Positions 41,201 to 56,200 of a stretch of 64,000 nucleotides of DNA are shown one piece after another; positions within the stretch are counted from its first letter, which is position 1; each line of letters starts with the position of its first letter. The translations under genes and the position numbers were made by a program. The notes under the pieces are model-generated. The model was not told the origin of the DNA, did not search any database, and saw only the letters and a program-made list of their open reading frames with translations. The stretch comes from Eutreptiella sp. 'Long Island Sound 2002'. Its lineage: Eukaryota; Protista; Euglenida. The stretch covers positions 171,306,001 to 171,370,000 of the forward strand of contig OZ038378.1 in the NCBI GenBank assembly GCA_964036045.1. The letters run 5' to 3'.

Positions 41201-44200
41201 CCACTGACAACCGTGGTCCATGCCCTCTACTCTGTACGTACCCCTACGCTTTGGTACCCGCAGGCTTACATGAAATCCGTTTGCGAAAGCCTTTGCCGTG
41301 CTCCCCCGGGGGAGCCTGCCTTCTGTCCTTCAAAACGGACCTTCGTACATCATTTTGTCTCCATTGATTTACGGCCCCTGGACAGCCCCCCGCTGGGTTT
41401 GATGGACCTGCGACCCCGATGCCGTCCGAGACAGACGAGGAGCTGACACTTGGAAGGACCACTGCTGCCGGGTGTAACGAATATTGCTGCTAAGTGCAGC
41501 CAAGTGGTGGCCTGCCTAGACAAGGGCAAACGAACACAGACACGCACACGCAAGACGGATGGCCATGTGGAGCACATGGGACATCGCATGGAACAACATG
41601 CATCATGGGCTCATGGAACACGGACTGCACATACACGACAGGGGAGTTGTAGGCTCGCTACAGTCAAAGACAGGAAACATGATGGGTGCCGGGAGGGTTG
41701 GAACAGAACAGAACAGAACAGGACAGGACAGGACAGGATAAGACACAACCACACCACACCACATGTGCACGCGACACGGTTTTAGAGGGTTGTGGAGAGG
41801 GGGAGGGGGTCGTGTGTGTGTGGGGGGGGGGGGGATTGGATGGGGGGAATTGGATGGGGGGATAGGGGTTGATCAGGAGTTGTAATTTGTAAACCTCGGC
41901 AGCCTGAAGGGACGGCAGCTGCCGTGGGAGCTGTGTTTAAATCGATGATGCGGACCAGGTATAGTTCCCAGACTATACTGGGAGCTAACACTGTGGTTTT
42001 GTGTTGTGTTGTGTTGTGTTGTGTTGTGTTGTGTTGTGTTGTGTTGTGTTGTGTTGTGTTGTGTTGTGTTGTGTTGTGTTGTGTTGTGTTGTGTTGTGTT
42101 GTGTTGTGTTGTGTTGTGTTGTGTTGTGTTGTGTTGTGTTGTGTTGTGTTGTGTCGTGTTGTGTGGTGTGGTATGCGGTGTGGCGTGGTGAGGCGTGGCG
42201 TGGCGTGGCGTGGCGTGGCGTGGTGTGGATCGCTCGCCAGGTCTCATCAACGTCAAGCGCAGACCTGCCCATCTGTGAAAATAAACTCGGACTTGTGCTG
42301 CTTCATGGCGGTGAGGATGGACGCCACCTGCTGCGCGCACACGGACAGCACCGGCAGATCGATGCGATTGAACTCGTCGAAACAGCCCCAAGCTCCGGAC
42401 TGGGCTAGACCTTTGTAGATCTGATGGGGGGCGATGGTGGCTTGGGGGTATGCAACCCGGGGAGCAGGTAGGGCTGGGTCAAAGGCACAGCGGAATGGGG
42501 GAACTAGGGACATGGAGCAGCAGATGCGGCACCGAGGATTGCCGCCCAGGGAACGCCCCCTTCAGCACCCGTTTCCTCCATCGGCCCATCGGTTTTGGGT
42601 TGGGGCTTCCCTCTTCAGTAGCCTCATCACTTGACTCCTCCCGACGGGCCATGTCTTCAGATTATGTGTGGCTCTTACCCACGCATGCCCCCCAGGGCTG
42701 CCCTGTGGCTGCTGACGCCTCAGCGGCCAAAGCAGGCGCTGCTGGGCCCCACGGCAACGCAGGAGCTGAGTCACTCTGCTTGTGCTCCGTTGAACGTCCG
42801 CACAGAATTCGAACTGCGGATGTCGGGAAGAACTGTTGTGTACAACATATGAAAATTTCCTTCGCAGTCAGCCCTAAAATGGCTCGGCAACGGTTTTGCC
42901 GTCAGTGACATGCGAGGCCCTTTCTGTAGTATCCCTGAAAGACTCACAGAAAACAATGCCGGCACTGCATGCGCCAGCGCTTGGCTCCCGGCCCGGACCC
43001 ACCTCAGCACTGTGGTGAGCATGTACGCCGCGAGGTGGCTGCTTCGTCATGCAACAGGAAGGGGGTGGTGGAGGGTGTTGATGTACGATACTCTGCAGAT
43101 ACTGGCATTGGCATGCAACACACTGATACTATGCTCTCACCGCATGTGCACGCAGGCGTGCGTGGGGCGCGCGCGCGTGTTCGCCTCGTGCAAGGACGGC
43201 CAAAGGCAGGCGAAACGACGCTCAGACCGGGATCCCGTGCGTAGACGAGGCCATGCTTGCGCGCAACCCAGAGCACAGCTGCCGTCGGAGAGAGGCCCTA
43301 GAACATGCCACAGACAGGGGGTGGGCTACGGATGCGGAGTGAGGCACGGTCAACTCGGGCGTCATGCATCACCTCGTGCCCATCCCCCGCATGCACCTCA
43401 AATGAATGCATTGAATCCCAATAGCCACGGGACCAGCAACAGCGGAGGCACCTGCTGGCCAGTGGGGGATGTATGTGACACCCGTGCGGAGCATCGCATC
43501 CAAACAGAGGAATGACGTTGGCCCAGGCATGGCACAGCTCCCTTTCGCACACAACGCACGTCACAAAAATATGGTCCCGAGAATGCTCGACCAGAAAAAA
43601 CGGCGGTCGGACGAATGACGGTCAGACAACGCCCTCCTCGTGCCGGGGGGGGGGGGGGGCGGGGGGGCTGCGTGGACCCCCTGTTCCAGGCCGCACACGA
43701 AGCGGGGGCGCAGGGCCACTCCCAGACCTTGCCCATCGCTCGGAAGTCCAGCTGGTCCCCACAATTGAACACCACGACGTATTTGCCAAACGTGCGCCCC
43801 AAGTCCTTCGTGGTCTCGGTCTTGCCGGTGCCGGCGGGGCCTGCGGGGGCCCCGCCGAGGTACATGGCCAGGGCCTGGGAGAGGGTGATGTAGCAGCGGT
43901 CCGTCAACGGGGTGACCACCAGCCGCTCCTTGACGCCCAAGTACTCGTAGCAGTAGTCCGTGTCTGCGTCGGCGATGGAGGTGATGGCCTGATCCTTTTC
44001 GGTCTTCCAGTAGAACCGCGCCTGCTTTTGCCTGTGAATGGGATGGGGATGGGGCTGGGGATGGGGATGGGGACAGGGACGGGGATGGGAATGGGGATAG
44101 GGATGGGGATGGCCCTGCCCCCCCCCCCACGTCCAAACACGGGCTGGTTCAGGGGGCAAAAGTGTGGAAACACGGGCTCGTCGTTTTTGGACAAGCCCGT

Positions 44201-47200
44201 GTTACCGCGCGGCATGTACCACGGAACACATGTTGCAGACATCAGCCACCCTGACCCCTCAAAACATGACAAAGCAAGGCAACACGCCGGCATACACCCC
44301 AGAACACGAGAGCACATGGAATTGCAGCTGCAACAACACTTTGACGTCCATAATGGACCCTTCCTGCAGCCCGCACAAAGCTACAGACCACACTCTCTAT
44401 TGGATTTGAACCGGAAAAACGATGGTTCCCAAGAAAGACCCAAAGGCACGGAAACACGGGGTCGCCGTGTTCGGACAAGCCCGTGTTTGGTCATAGAACG
44501 ACGATGGTCGTCACCCTCCAGAATCACTCTGGCGCTCTCAACAGTGCAACATGTATCATCCATGCGGCATCCATCAGTTCATGTTCAAGACCGTGTTTGG
44601 ACAAAAAGGGGCGAGGGGGGGGGAGGGATACTGCTACACCTAGACCTCACCAGCGCACCAGCTGGTCAGGAACGCACTGCCTGGGCTGTCAGTGTTGATG
44701 CGACACCCCCCCCCCTAGCTATCTGTCGAAACCTGGCGGGGGGGGGGGGGGGCATTCTGGGGGGGATTGGATTAGATTGGATTGGTGCTTTGCTGTTTTT
44801 GGGAGGGCCATCCCGGGGTCACAGGCCACGCGGCCCACTGGGCCCGTGACTCTGGCATGCAAACGGCCCCTTCACGCCCAGGGACCCAAAGCCGGCATCC
44901 CGTATCCACCCAGTAGGGGCCCCAGTGGGCCCCCCACTCACGCTGCAGAGGCCCAGAGCCAGTGGCCCACTCACCCTGCAAGGGCCCATAGCCGGTGCCC
45001 CACTCACTCCGCAGGGGCCATAGTCGGCACCCCACGCACACTGCAAGGGGCCTCGAGTCGGTGCCCCACACACACCGCAGGGGCCCAGAGCTGGTGCCCC
45101 ACACTCACTGTAGCTCACACACAGCTGTGCCCTCGACCTCCCTAGCAAGAGCAACCGGATAGAGAAAGCAGCATGGCGGTCATCATTCGAGCAGGTCGTC
45201 ATTGTGTGAGGGAGCGTCGTTGTGGGACGAAGCCCCCGAGTCCGATGCGGCGTCATCCACACCATCAAGCGGCGCGGTGTCAGGCCATTCGTCCATACCC
45301 ATGAGGGTCAGACGGGAGTAGAGGGGTGGGGCAGGGAGAGCCTCGGGGAACGACACATACAGCGAATCAGCCACCCGCACCACTATGTAGGCCGCACCAT
45401 CGTGGCAATGCAAGGGGCGGGGGCAACAGAGATGACAGATGGTACATGTAGGGGGGGGGAGCCCAGCAAAACCGGACATGCCGACGGGCAGTGGACAGCG
45501 CCCCCTCCCAGTAGCTCCCAAGCCACATTTGACACCGCGCCCAGAGGGCGCCCTAGACAATGCACCAGCGACACCGCCCACTGATGAGGCCAACCCGAGT
45601 CTGGGGAGGTCATGTCGAGCAGCCACTCGCACCAAAGGTGCGGGGGTAACACCAACCAGGCGACCAGTGCTCCCAGGTATGACACCCTGGTAAGATCCCT
45701 CTCCGCTGCCAAGACGAACAGGGGACCCCGCGGGAAGTGCACTAGCCCCGACTAGGTCACATACACGTCAGGATAGGGGGTATACTGCACCAAACCTGGG
45801 AAGGCGGACTCATGGGCGAGGGCCCAGACTGACTGCGGTGAGACACGGCCAGACTCGACACAGCGGACCCACACAGCAGACGGCCCCGCAGGCACGTCAG
45901 AGATAAAAACATGAGCCTCACTATAGCAGGCCTCATGGACAGCCGAGGGGTCGGCCGCTAGCACGCCACGCCACACGAGGTAGAAGTGGCTACCCAGCCA
46001 CTCACGGAAGGGGGCGCACCCGTACCCGGCAGCTTGCATGCCCTGTTTGGCCCGAGCATCAGATTGTGCCTGCACTAACGCCACCAGCGATTGGGACCCT
46101 GAGGTATGCTGTGCCGGTACATAGATCTCCGGTGCACCATTCTGCAGCAGGGCGGCCGCATACCGGAGCCGCAGGGCATCGACCCACGAGCAGTGGGAGG
46201 CACAACCGCGATCCTCACCATAGGTGGCCCCCGTGTTGTCCGCCACGAAGGAACGGACGGAGCTCAAGGGCACCCCCAGCTCACCTAGGAGCCACACACG
46301 CAGTTTGGGGGGGGGGCGGCTGGAGGGTGTAGGGGGGGGTTCGGCTGCTGGGGGGGAGGGGTTCCCAAGGTGGGGGGGCCTGCTCGCGACCCACTACTAC
46401 CACATGCATACCTCCAGGGGGGATGTGTGTCTGGGGGGTTGGGGGTAGGGAGGTGTGTATGCGATAATAGCACTTTTTGGTCTTTGCCGGGAAGAAAGTC
46501 GTAAGGGTCGTTGTGTTGCCCCCCTCCCCCCTTGTTCCCCCACGCCCCCCGATTAGTTTGTGAGAAAAAGTCCTGAGGCCTGGTTAGAGTTGGGGGTTAA
46601 AAGAAAAAATGGATGGACTTCTGCTTAGAGGTCCTTAAAAAGCTCCCCCTCCGAGGAGGAGGACGAGGACTGCATGTGTTGTGGTTTAGGTTTGGGCACA
46701 CACAGGTTTGGGTTTGGGCACCATGTTGGCTGTTGAAAGATTTTGCAAGGGGAACCGCCCCTTGAGCACTTGCCTCAGAAGAATGCGTAAAAACGTCGTA
46801 TCCCCAACTCAAGGGGCCACGCCAAAGCGTGGAAGTCCGTACCCCCAACTGGAGGGGCCACGCCAAAGCGTGGGAGTCCGTATCCCCAACTCGAGGGGCT
46901 ACGCCAAAGCGTGGGAAAGAGAGACAGAAAGATGAAAGAAAGAACGCAATACGGGCATTCGCCCGTGAAAGAATTTGCGGCTGCACTTGGGCCAGGGTTT
47001 TGCTCTGAATGCAGGATCTTCACTTCGCAACAAACGACATTTGTATCCCGGAGGGGCGACTACAACTGGTCCTGATGCGACACCCCCTCTAGCTATCTGT
47101 CAAAACTTGCGCGGGGGGGGGGGGGGTCGGCGGGAGGGTTGGGGGGGGGGGGTAATTGGCAGCTTGGCCAAGGGGGGGGGGGCTGCTCGCAACCCACTAC

Positions 47201-50200
47201 TACCACATGCATACCTCAAGGATGTGTGTGTCTGGGGACATGGGGGTATGAGGTATGTGTGCGATAATAGCTTCTCGTCTTTGCCAGGAAGAAAGTCTTA
47301 ATAAGGACCAAAGGCATAGTACCCCTCTCAACTAAGCATGGCACAAAAAATTTGGCGCCATTGGTGCCATGGCCCCCGCACCGCTATCTTTCAAAACTCG
47401 GGGGGGGGGGGGGGGGGGGCTGGGGGGTGTCACATACAAGGACTGGGCCCGGCTGCCCCCCCCCCCCCCCGCGGGATTTGTATAGCGCCCCGTCTGGCTA
47501 ATCTGGCGCTCAAAAGCACTGATGGTTTGATGAAAAAGAAGCATACACCAAAAAAGGGGGGGGGGGCGCCGTTGGCGCCATGCCCCCCAACCCACTATCT
47601 CTCAAAACCTGGGGGGGGGGGGCGGGCTGGGGGGCGTCGCATACAAGGACTGGGCCCAGCCGCCCCCCCGTGTGTCAGTGCCCCAACTCGGCACACCCCC
47701 ACCCCCAGGCATGTCTGACATCCGAGGGGTTGCCCGGAATGTGGCTGGACCAGTGGAGGGGGAGGGGAGGGGTGGGGGCGGGGGTTCCGGCCATGGACCT
47801 CATGTTTCATCAGGGCATTCGGGGCGTGGAGCCACGGAAAAGGGGAACGAAAACACGGAACACATCCCCACGTGGTGTATGGAAGCCACCCGCCGGCGAT
47901 TCACTCCCAACCACCGTCTCAGCCTGTCCTTCGGCAATGAAACTAAACATCCCTACGCCCATAGGCACACCCGTACTCGCCCATCGTCCGCCGCTGAAAG
48001 ACATCCGCCGGGGGGGGGGGGGGCTCCCCCCTTCCAATGCATCCCTGCCTGGCCCCCGGGTACACACACAAGGAGCACGTAGCCAAACGCATACCAATCG
48101 AAATGCGACGGGTCCCGGACGCGCTTCACGGTGCTGTCCCAGACCTCCTGCTGGTGCACTTGGATCGTGATCAGGGTCTCGACATTGGTGCGCTTCATTT
48201 TCGTCAGGTCCATCCGCGTGATCTCCGTGAGCTCGTTCTTGATGGCCAGGATGCGCTTGCCGCACTCCCCCACGGCCTTCTTCTGCTCGGACTTCGGGGC
48301 AGAGATGGCCTCCTGCACGTCGGCGGTCCAAAGGAACTGCAGCCCCAGCAGCGTCACCTGCGGTGTGCCCGTGGCAATGCACATTGCTGCGGGACGGAGG
48401 GGCCGGGCAGGGCTGCGCTTGAGGAGGAGAGGGGCTGAGGGGAGGCTGCAAGAGAGGCTGCAGCAGCGGTTACTGGGGGTTGGGGAGCGGTTGCAATAAG
48501 CGTGCGGGTGGTTGCAAAGTGGTTGGAGGGCAATATGAGGCGGACAAAAGCGATTGGGGGGGGAGCTAGCAGTGATCCTCAAAGGGGGGGGGGGGTGGCA
48601 CGAGGCCACGGTGTTGGTTTGCTTGCCTTTGGCGGTGCCTATTGGCCTCTCGCCCTTGCACATTCTGGGGCGAGGGAGGAGTCTGCGCCCCCCCCCCTCC
48701 CCTCTCGAGTTTCTGTTGGTGCATCAACCAAGGCCCACACTGCCCCGGGGGTCTTTTCTGGGCTGCCCTCTGCTGGTGTCAGTATCGCCGTGGCGTTTAG
48801 GTCGTGGTTGGTGTTGCTGTGGTTGTAGCTGAGGTGTGGGGTGTAGTGGGGGGGGGGGGGGGGTCTGTTCCAAGTGGCGTCAGCGTTGCGGTAGGTGATG
48901 CTGCCTCCTGTGGCACTGGCAACCAAATCAATCCCAACATTCGAGTCCTGATGGGGCTGTGTCCGCCATCGGTGACCCTGTCCCCCGGTCTCCGGTTCAC
49001 TTGTGGTCCGGTGGCTGCCAACATCCCTGCCCCACCACTCTTCAGTCCTCCCCACCTCCCCGTGCCCCTGTGCGGTTGTTGTGGTGTGTGGTATGGGCAG
49101 CCCTTCCCCCTGTTGTTGTCGGTGTTAATGTCCACACACTTTCACTGCCAGTTCGGCTGTTATGATGTTTGCGCGGATCGGTTGTGCCATGAGTCTCACT
49201 GGGTCATCCACTATGAAGTGTGTCCCTTCTCCCACGATAAACACTTCCGGTGCCCATATCCTTTCCTCCGGTACCCACACACAGCTTACCACTACCTGCA
49301 CCAGGTGGACTGTCTCTGGTCCCAGGAGGTACAGTCGTGTTCCTCCATCCGGGTAGCCTCCTGTCCAACCCCTTCTCCTCTTTTCCTTCAAAATTCGGTC
49401 TCCCTGTAGCCTTAGCAGATTTGCTATGTACCTCCCCAAGGGTCAGTGGTCTGGTCGTGTTTGTGCTGTATCCTTGTGGTGGGGGCGCCCCTGTCGGCTG
49501 TGGTTCTGCCTGCCGAGTTCTTCCTGTGCCCCATGTGTTCTGAAGGGGGCAAAGGGGAGCCGCAACACCCCCTTCTAGCGCAGGCCTGGGGCCGGGGTCG
49601 TGGGCAGGACACTGGGGCCGGGGGCAACAGAGGGGGTCCACCAGAAGCTTCTGGAACCAGCTCACTCGGAGGCGCAGACAGACATCGATTTCTTGTCTTT
49701 TCTTTGTCTGTCCTCCTCTGTTCTTCTTGCTTCGTGCGTTTTTTTCGGGACCCGAGAATTCCCATGATTTCCTTCTCAAAACTGTCCATGACAAGTGTTG
49801 TGGTCAGGTCCCCTGCGAGCTGTTCTACGCACTAGCCCTGGTGAACGAGTGCGGCACCCGTACCCCTACCTCTCGCACGATGCGGGGCCCAGAATTCATA
49901 CAGCGCCGGGGGGGGGGGGGGGGGATTTCGTCCGGGGACAATTTTGTGAGGGGAAATTTTTGAGACACTTCCAAGTTTGGTGCAGGGCCATCAGACGCAG
50001 GAAGCTTCGACACCCCCAACCCTTGGTTCCTTGTGGGCAATCAGTCGTGTGAAAGTTTGGTAGGACCCAAATTTTGAACAACACCAACTCATGAGAGATG
50101 ACAAAAAAAAGAGCAAGGCCCAGGGTGGCTCTCCATTCTGAAGGAGGCCCCAAATTGTGCGAAAAAAATTTTCGTGGGGCAAATTTCGACACCAAACTGA

Positions 50201-53200
50201 CAACGAAGTTTTCCCCGCAAACCTGTCCCCTGACGAAGTCCCCTCCCCCCCCCACACACACGCTGTAGATATTTCTGTGGGCATGGGGTATAAGTGGTGG
50301 TTGGGGAGTGTTCCTCAGGAGCAGCAATACCGAATCCTTGATGTTTGTGCACCCCAACCCAAGCTCAGGAGGGCCCACTCACAAGCGAATCAGGGTCGTC
50401 TGGTGGTGTGGGCTGCGGCGCAGTACGGGTCCAGTGGATTGGCGTGAGGTGGAGGCTGCAGGGGTGCGCTTTTGATGGCGGCGGCACGGCCATTGGACGG
50501 ACATACGGGCACAACGTGAGGGTACTGCCACGTCCCTACTTGCCCCTCGGCCGCAGTGACATCCATCAGGCGCTACTGCCCCTCAGCAAGGGCCCGAAGG
50601 CCTCCGGATGGACGCACCATCCAAGGCTCAGCCCAGTCTCGGTGGTGCGGCAGCGTTGTGTCACGCGGTGCAGTGGCATGGCATTGGGACCTTGGCATCG
50701 ACGGCCGCAGACAAACGCGCGGTGCGGGGGGCACACACCTGCGCGGGGTACTGGTCGATGAAGTTGCGCAGCCCCATGACGTTGGCGCTGAGCTGTCCAA
50801 CTTCCCCTGCGCAATTCCGCACAATCTCCTTCACTGTGAACATCATCTCTTGGCACATTTTGTTGAGCCAGTCCTCCACGTTCCCGAACGCAGGCACCGG
50901 TGCCGCCATCTTGACTTCCTCGCCCTCCTGCACGTGGAAGCGCACAGGGGGGCTGGGGGGGGGCTTGGCATGATGCCTGGTTGTATTGCTGTCTGCAGCT
51001 GGCGGCGCCTCTTGGCCTCTCACCACTTACCCTTGCCCTGAAACTCCTTCCCTCCGTAGCAGGCGGCGCCCATCGGCCTCTGACCATCTTGCGCCCTCCC
51101 TCTCCCTGCCTGGCCTATCCTTAACTCCCTACACACCCTTCCTTTCCCTTGGCAGGTTGATGTGGGTGCCCTGACGCCCGCGGGCACGGCAGCATACCCC
51201 CCCCCCCCTTGTCCAAGCAACGGTAAATGACCAGAAATTGACGGGACCTACGCCTGGTGTTGCTTGGACACGGGTGTTGCTTACGTGCTACACTGTGCAT
51301 GGCACATGCGGAAAGACATGGTGTACTATTCTGAAACCCAAGGGGGAAAATATGCCACAATGGCTGTCATGCCCCCACCACCAATCAGCTTCTTTGACAC
51401 AGAACATGAACGCCATGCATCTCAAAACCGAGGTATCAGACAGCACACGTAGCGCACAGACAATTCAACAATCCACCGCCTAAAACCGTGGTGCGAAAAT
51501 TGACGGAGCCAACGCCTTGTGTTGCTTGGACCGGGCGGGGGGGGGGGGGTACCTGGCTGATCATCGCCTGGATGCGGAGGCACGCCGGCAGCTTCTCCGT
51601 TGCCTTGGCCTTCTCGAAGACCACCTGGGCCACCCCGTCGAAGATGGACTCCATGTGCGGCTGGATGGCCTGCGGGTCCGAGGCCTGCGACAAGATCTCG
51701 AGCAGCACCCCATCGGACACGAAGTAGAACCGCGGAAACGCGTTGCGCTTCTGCTCGAGGTACGCGCTGAGCTGCCGCTGGCAGGCGTCCAGCTGGTCCC
51801 GCAGGTACGGCAGTCCGGCCAGCAGCTCATTGCCGTGGCAGAACGCCACGACGTTCTTGACCTCGAAGGCCTGCGCGACACGCGGGTACGCGACACGCGT
51901 TGGCTCAATGCAGAGGCTCACGGGGGAAGTGGGGGTCGTCCGGTACCAAACGGTTGGGAGCGGTGCGCCTCCACCGCTGCGTCCACTCTGTTAGTGGTCG
52001 CACAGACGGGCCGCGGTCTATTTTGGCACCGGCCGCCCCGCGCACACACACCTTTGTCATGATCTTGACCCATTGCTTGTCGATCATGGCGAACCGCTTG
52101 GCCTCCTGAGGCAGCTGCTTCATGATGTCACCGCCGGCAAACACGGCCTGAGGCAGAAAGGGGGGGGGTCGGCAGAGGCCAAACGGGGGGCAGAGGCCAA
52201 AGGGGGGGGGGCAGAGGCCAAAAGGGGGGGGGGGGCAGAGGCAAATTGAGAGGGTGACTATTCCCGCAGAAGGGGGGGTGGGGACTGGGGAGCATGGACC
52301 GGCAGTGAGGGGCGGGGGAGAGGCACGATCTTCGTCCAAATTGTAGGTGATCCTCAGCCGTTGCCAGTGCAGTTGTTGTCTGCCGGACTGTCAGCGCGCC
52401 CTCTGTGTCCGCCCCCTGTGCAGGTGTGCGTGCTGTGAACCCTGCTGGCCAAGCAGTAGCCCACACAGTGATTGCCACCCCATCCCGTACCGGGAGTTCA
52501 GGAGCAAAATCTCCGCGGGTGATGCGTACATCAGCACCGAGGCAATCAGCAGTCCGTGCCTCACTTCACACAGTGTTCAGCTCTGGCAGCATGCAATTCG
52601 CCCCTAAGACCAGCACAGGACTCCGGCCCACGACCCATTCCCCAAGGACACGACCAGGGGCATTGAAGCGACCAGCCAGTGTGCTACCAGTTCCTGCAAA
52701 GGTGCAGCGGTGTGATGCTGCATCAGCGCCACAGCAGCGCACTTTCTTTTGTCCAGAAAACACGAAATTTGGACCGTCCGAAAAAACTGGGGGGTTTGCC
52801 TAAACGAGCATGAGGTCCCAAATTCGCGATCCCATGCGTCCCTTGGGGGGGTGCCCCATCCCTCCTCCCTTTCAAGCGCAATTGTTGGTGCGGTTGGATG
52901 AAGGGATGTGTGGGTGGGTCAAAAGCACTTTCTAGTGATTGTGCAGAGCATGTCCTTTGTTTTTGGATGCTGCATTGGATGAGTATCGGGATTGAGGGAC
53001 AGTGAAATGGTGTATGTGATGTGTTGGCTGTAGCACAATGTACTGCACACAGAGCTTTACCCCATTGAACCAGGGCGGAAGGGGGGCGTGCAGTTTTGTG
53101 GGTGAGGGTGGAATGCGTGCCCCACTGCTCAGAACTGCAGCCAGCTGCCCCTGTGGTGCCCATTCCCAGGCACGCGTGGCAGAGGTGTCACGTCCAGCCA

Positions 53201-56200
53201 TTCTCAGACCGTGACTTGTGGAGGTGCTCTCCACCAAAACGGGTGTGGGCATTGTAACGCAGGGGCGGCCGGCGTCTTTGGGTGCAGTCATGTAGGCTAC
53301 AGTATCACCTGCTCCACCATATCTGATGCAACGTCCCTTTGCGTTGGAATGGGGCAGCCAGCAACCACCACCACTGAGCGGAGGTGAGGATGGCTCGATG
53401 GTCGGGGTGAGCGTGTGCAGTTTGGCGCAGTTCGTTCCGCCCAAACCGCTAATGTCTGCCCGCTCCGTCTCACCAACCGTTTTGTTACCGTCAGCCCCCC
53501 CCCCCCCCACATACATCGGCTTATGCAACCATCAGTAACCGATTTTGAGACCCCCCCATCCCCCGTTCAGCCTCCTGACGCCTCAGGCGCATCCCTGGAA
53601 TAGAGCTTCCGCCACAGTACGCAATGGCCTGCTCCACAACTGTGCGGTGTGGTGCTGAACTCCGTGCACAACAGTGCGACAACACCCACACAATTGCGTG
53701 TACTCCGGCTCAGACCCCATGGCAAAGGCACGGCAGACTGCGGGTCCTCGTGAACGCCCCTTTCGCCACCCACTCCCTCAAGGCACACCTCCAAATACAT
53801 CCACGTGGCCTGCACCTCCTGCCACAAAGTGATGTTCTCCGAGACCTCCGTGAGCTTGGCCATCCAGCCCTGGACCTCCTCACGGAACGGCGCCACGTAG
53901 CGGGACGCCAGCATGGACCCGATTTGCAGCTGCGACTCCTCCAGCATTTCCTTGATCTGGTTGGTCTCATCGCCCTTGAGGACGATGGGCCCTCGGTGCT
54001 TGAACTCACCAAACGAGAGTTCTTTGTCATCCCAGTCGCCTACGGCACGGCGTCGCGGTGATGTCATTTGTGGTAAACAGTGTTAAAAGATAGCACAAAG
54101 GGGGGGGGGGGCGAGGGGGAAGATGTGGGAGGAACAGTGCCCAAAATGCTGCACGATTCCGGAAACGAGTACCTCAGCTGTCGGGCGGTTTGGGGCTGGG
54201 ATGCTGCCTCAGTGTGACGCCCACGCCCGCAGCTCTACGGGGAGTGCGTGTGGTGTGCCCATGCTTGCGGGCAGTGCGTGTGTTTGACGTTTGGTTGGTT
54301 TCGTTGTGGGGGTTACAGGGACGCGCTTGAAGAGGGGGACGCTTGGGGGGGGGGGGGTCAACAGTGCAAAAGCGGCTTCTAGCGGTTGGAAAGTGGTTGG
54401 AGGCCCGGCGGGTCCAAATCGGTTGGTGGCGGTTGGGACGGAACGAGCTGTCACTTCGGGAAGAGGAGGGCGCCTCCTCCAAGCGCACGCCTGGCGGCGC
54501 GCAGCATCCCCGTTCAGGCCTGCGTGCCTGCCATGGTCATCGGGCACTCTACGCACACCTGCGATGTTGTTCTTCTTGCCCTCGATGTCAGCCTCTTTGA
54601 CGCTGGACAGGGCGATGTCCTCGATGTCCTCCTTAAAGCGCAGCAGCTGCGCGTCCAGAATGTTCTGCAACTTGAACAAGTCCGAGTCGAGGCGCCAAGA
54701 GTGATTGGAGATCTTCATGATCTCCTTCCAGTGCCGGTCCTTCACCGCAGGCACCGCCAGCAGCTCCAGCACCGGCTGCAGCTCCAAGAAGTCGTCGATG
54801 GTCTTCTTCAGCTCCAAATACGCTTCCCAGTCCCGGAGGGACTTGGGCAACCGCTTGCATTGCCCCTGGAACAGCTGCACCTGTTGTGAGGCGAAAGGGA
54901 AATGGGGGGGGGGGGGGCGTTCCAGACAGGCGGGCTGGGCAGGGATGCATTGGAAGGGGGGGCAGGGCGGGAAGAAAATTGCTTTGCGGGGGGGGGGGGG
55001 GATGGCACGGAAGCCCATTTGCTCAACCCCCCCCCCCTCCTTGGTCGCCGTGCCGGGAGGGGGGTTTGGGCTGGGGCTGCCCTACCTGCCGTGCCGGGGG
55101 GGGGGGGGTCCGACCCCAACATACATGGCTCAAAATGATCCCCACGTCGCGCTGATCATTTTGACTACACATATGTGGGGGAAAATTTTTGAGTGAAAAA
55201 AATTTTCCGGGCCAAAATTTGTGTTCCGGCGCCTTTGGTGGCAACATCCGTCCTTACACAAAACAAAGGGCCCGGCACGGAAGCCCATTTCTGGAACCCC
55301 CCCTCCCTCCTTCGCCGGGCGCCCATGCCATCCCCCCCCCCCAAAGCAATTTTCGGGCCGCCCAGGTACTCCCCCCCCCCACCCCGGCAGGGCGCCCAGC
55401 CTATGCCCAGCCACTGTCTCCCTGACTGGCGACCTCCTCCAACCGCCTGTCCAACTGCTTCTGGGACCGCCTTTGAGGTCCCTTCCCTTCTAATGCAGCC
55501 CTGGGGCTGGGCACCGCGTCGGACAGCCGATGTCCAGTGCCTCTTTGGTGTGACCTGCATCGAGGCTATTGATGGTGGGTTATGGTGGGTTGGGGGGGGG
55601 GGGGGCTAAAGGCTGGTGGGTCACCGTGTTACACACCTGCGGTCCAGCGTCATGTCTTTTGTGTGGCCTGCGTTCTTTGGGGTCGTTCGTGGAGAGAGTA
55701 CGGGTGTGTGTGTTCCATGACCGTACTGGAAGAGTGGGGGGGGAGGGGGACGAAAGCGTGCCATTCTCCACGTTCGCCTTTGACGAACCCTGAGTCCCAA
55801 CACAATGGACCCCGGAGCAGTGGTGATCCAAGTCTGGGTCAGGGTCGCGGATGAAGGAGGGTCGCCAATGGAAGGGACGAGCAACGGAGGCGAGGACGGC
55901 AGAGGGTGGGTGTCCCGGACAGACATGCCACTATGTCCCTCGGGGGAACTGAGTTTCACTGCGACTCGCTGCGCTGTATCAACCGATAGTCCACATCACA
56001 CCTTTACAGACCCCCCACTTCATCTGCGATGTGTATGTTCTGCACATCCATCCGTACGTACACGCGCTTTTCTTGCCGAGCACCGGCTTGACTACCTCTG
56101 CTTTCATGCCTCGGGAGATGGCCACTCCCATCCGCTCCATGCAGCTCGGCTGCGCGCCCTTGACATCGAAGCCCTTGCCCGGCAGAGGTATAGTCAGTGT

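Noticed and set aside
48797-49835. Chain of minus-strand ORFs ([10 protein letters not shown].., MGRYIANLL.., MDINTDNN..)
   Set aside because: Different frames, low complexity and no motif; not needed for the dynein reading frame.
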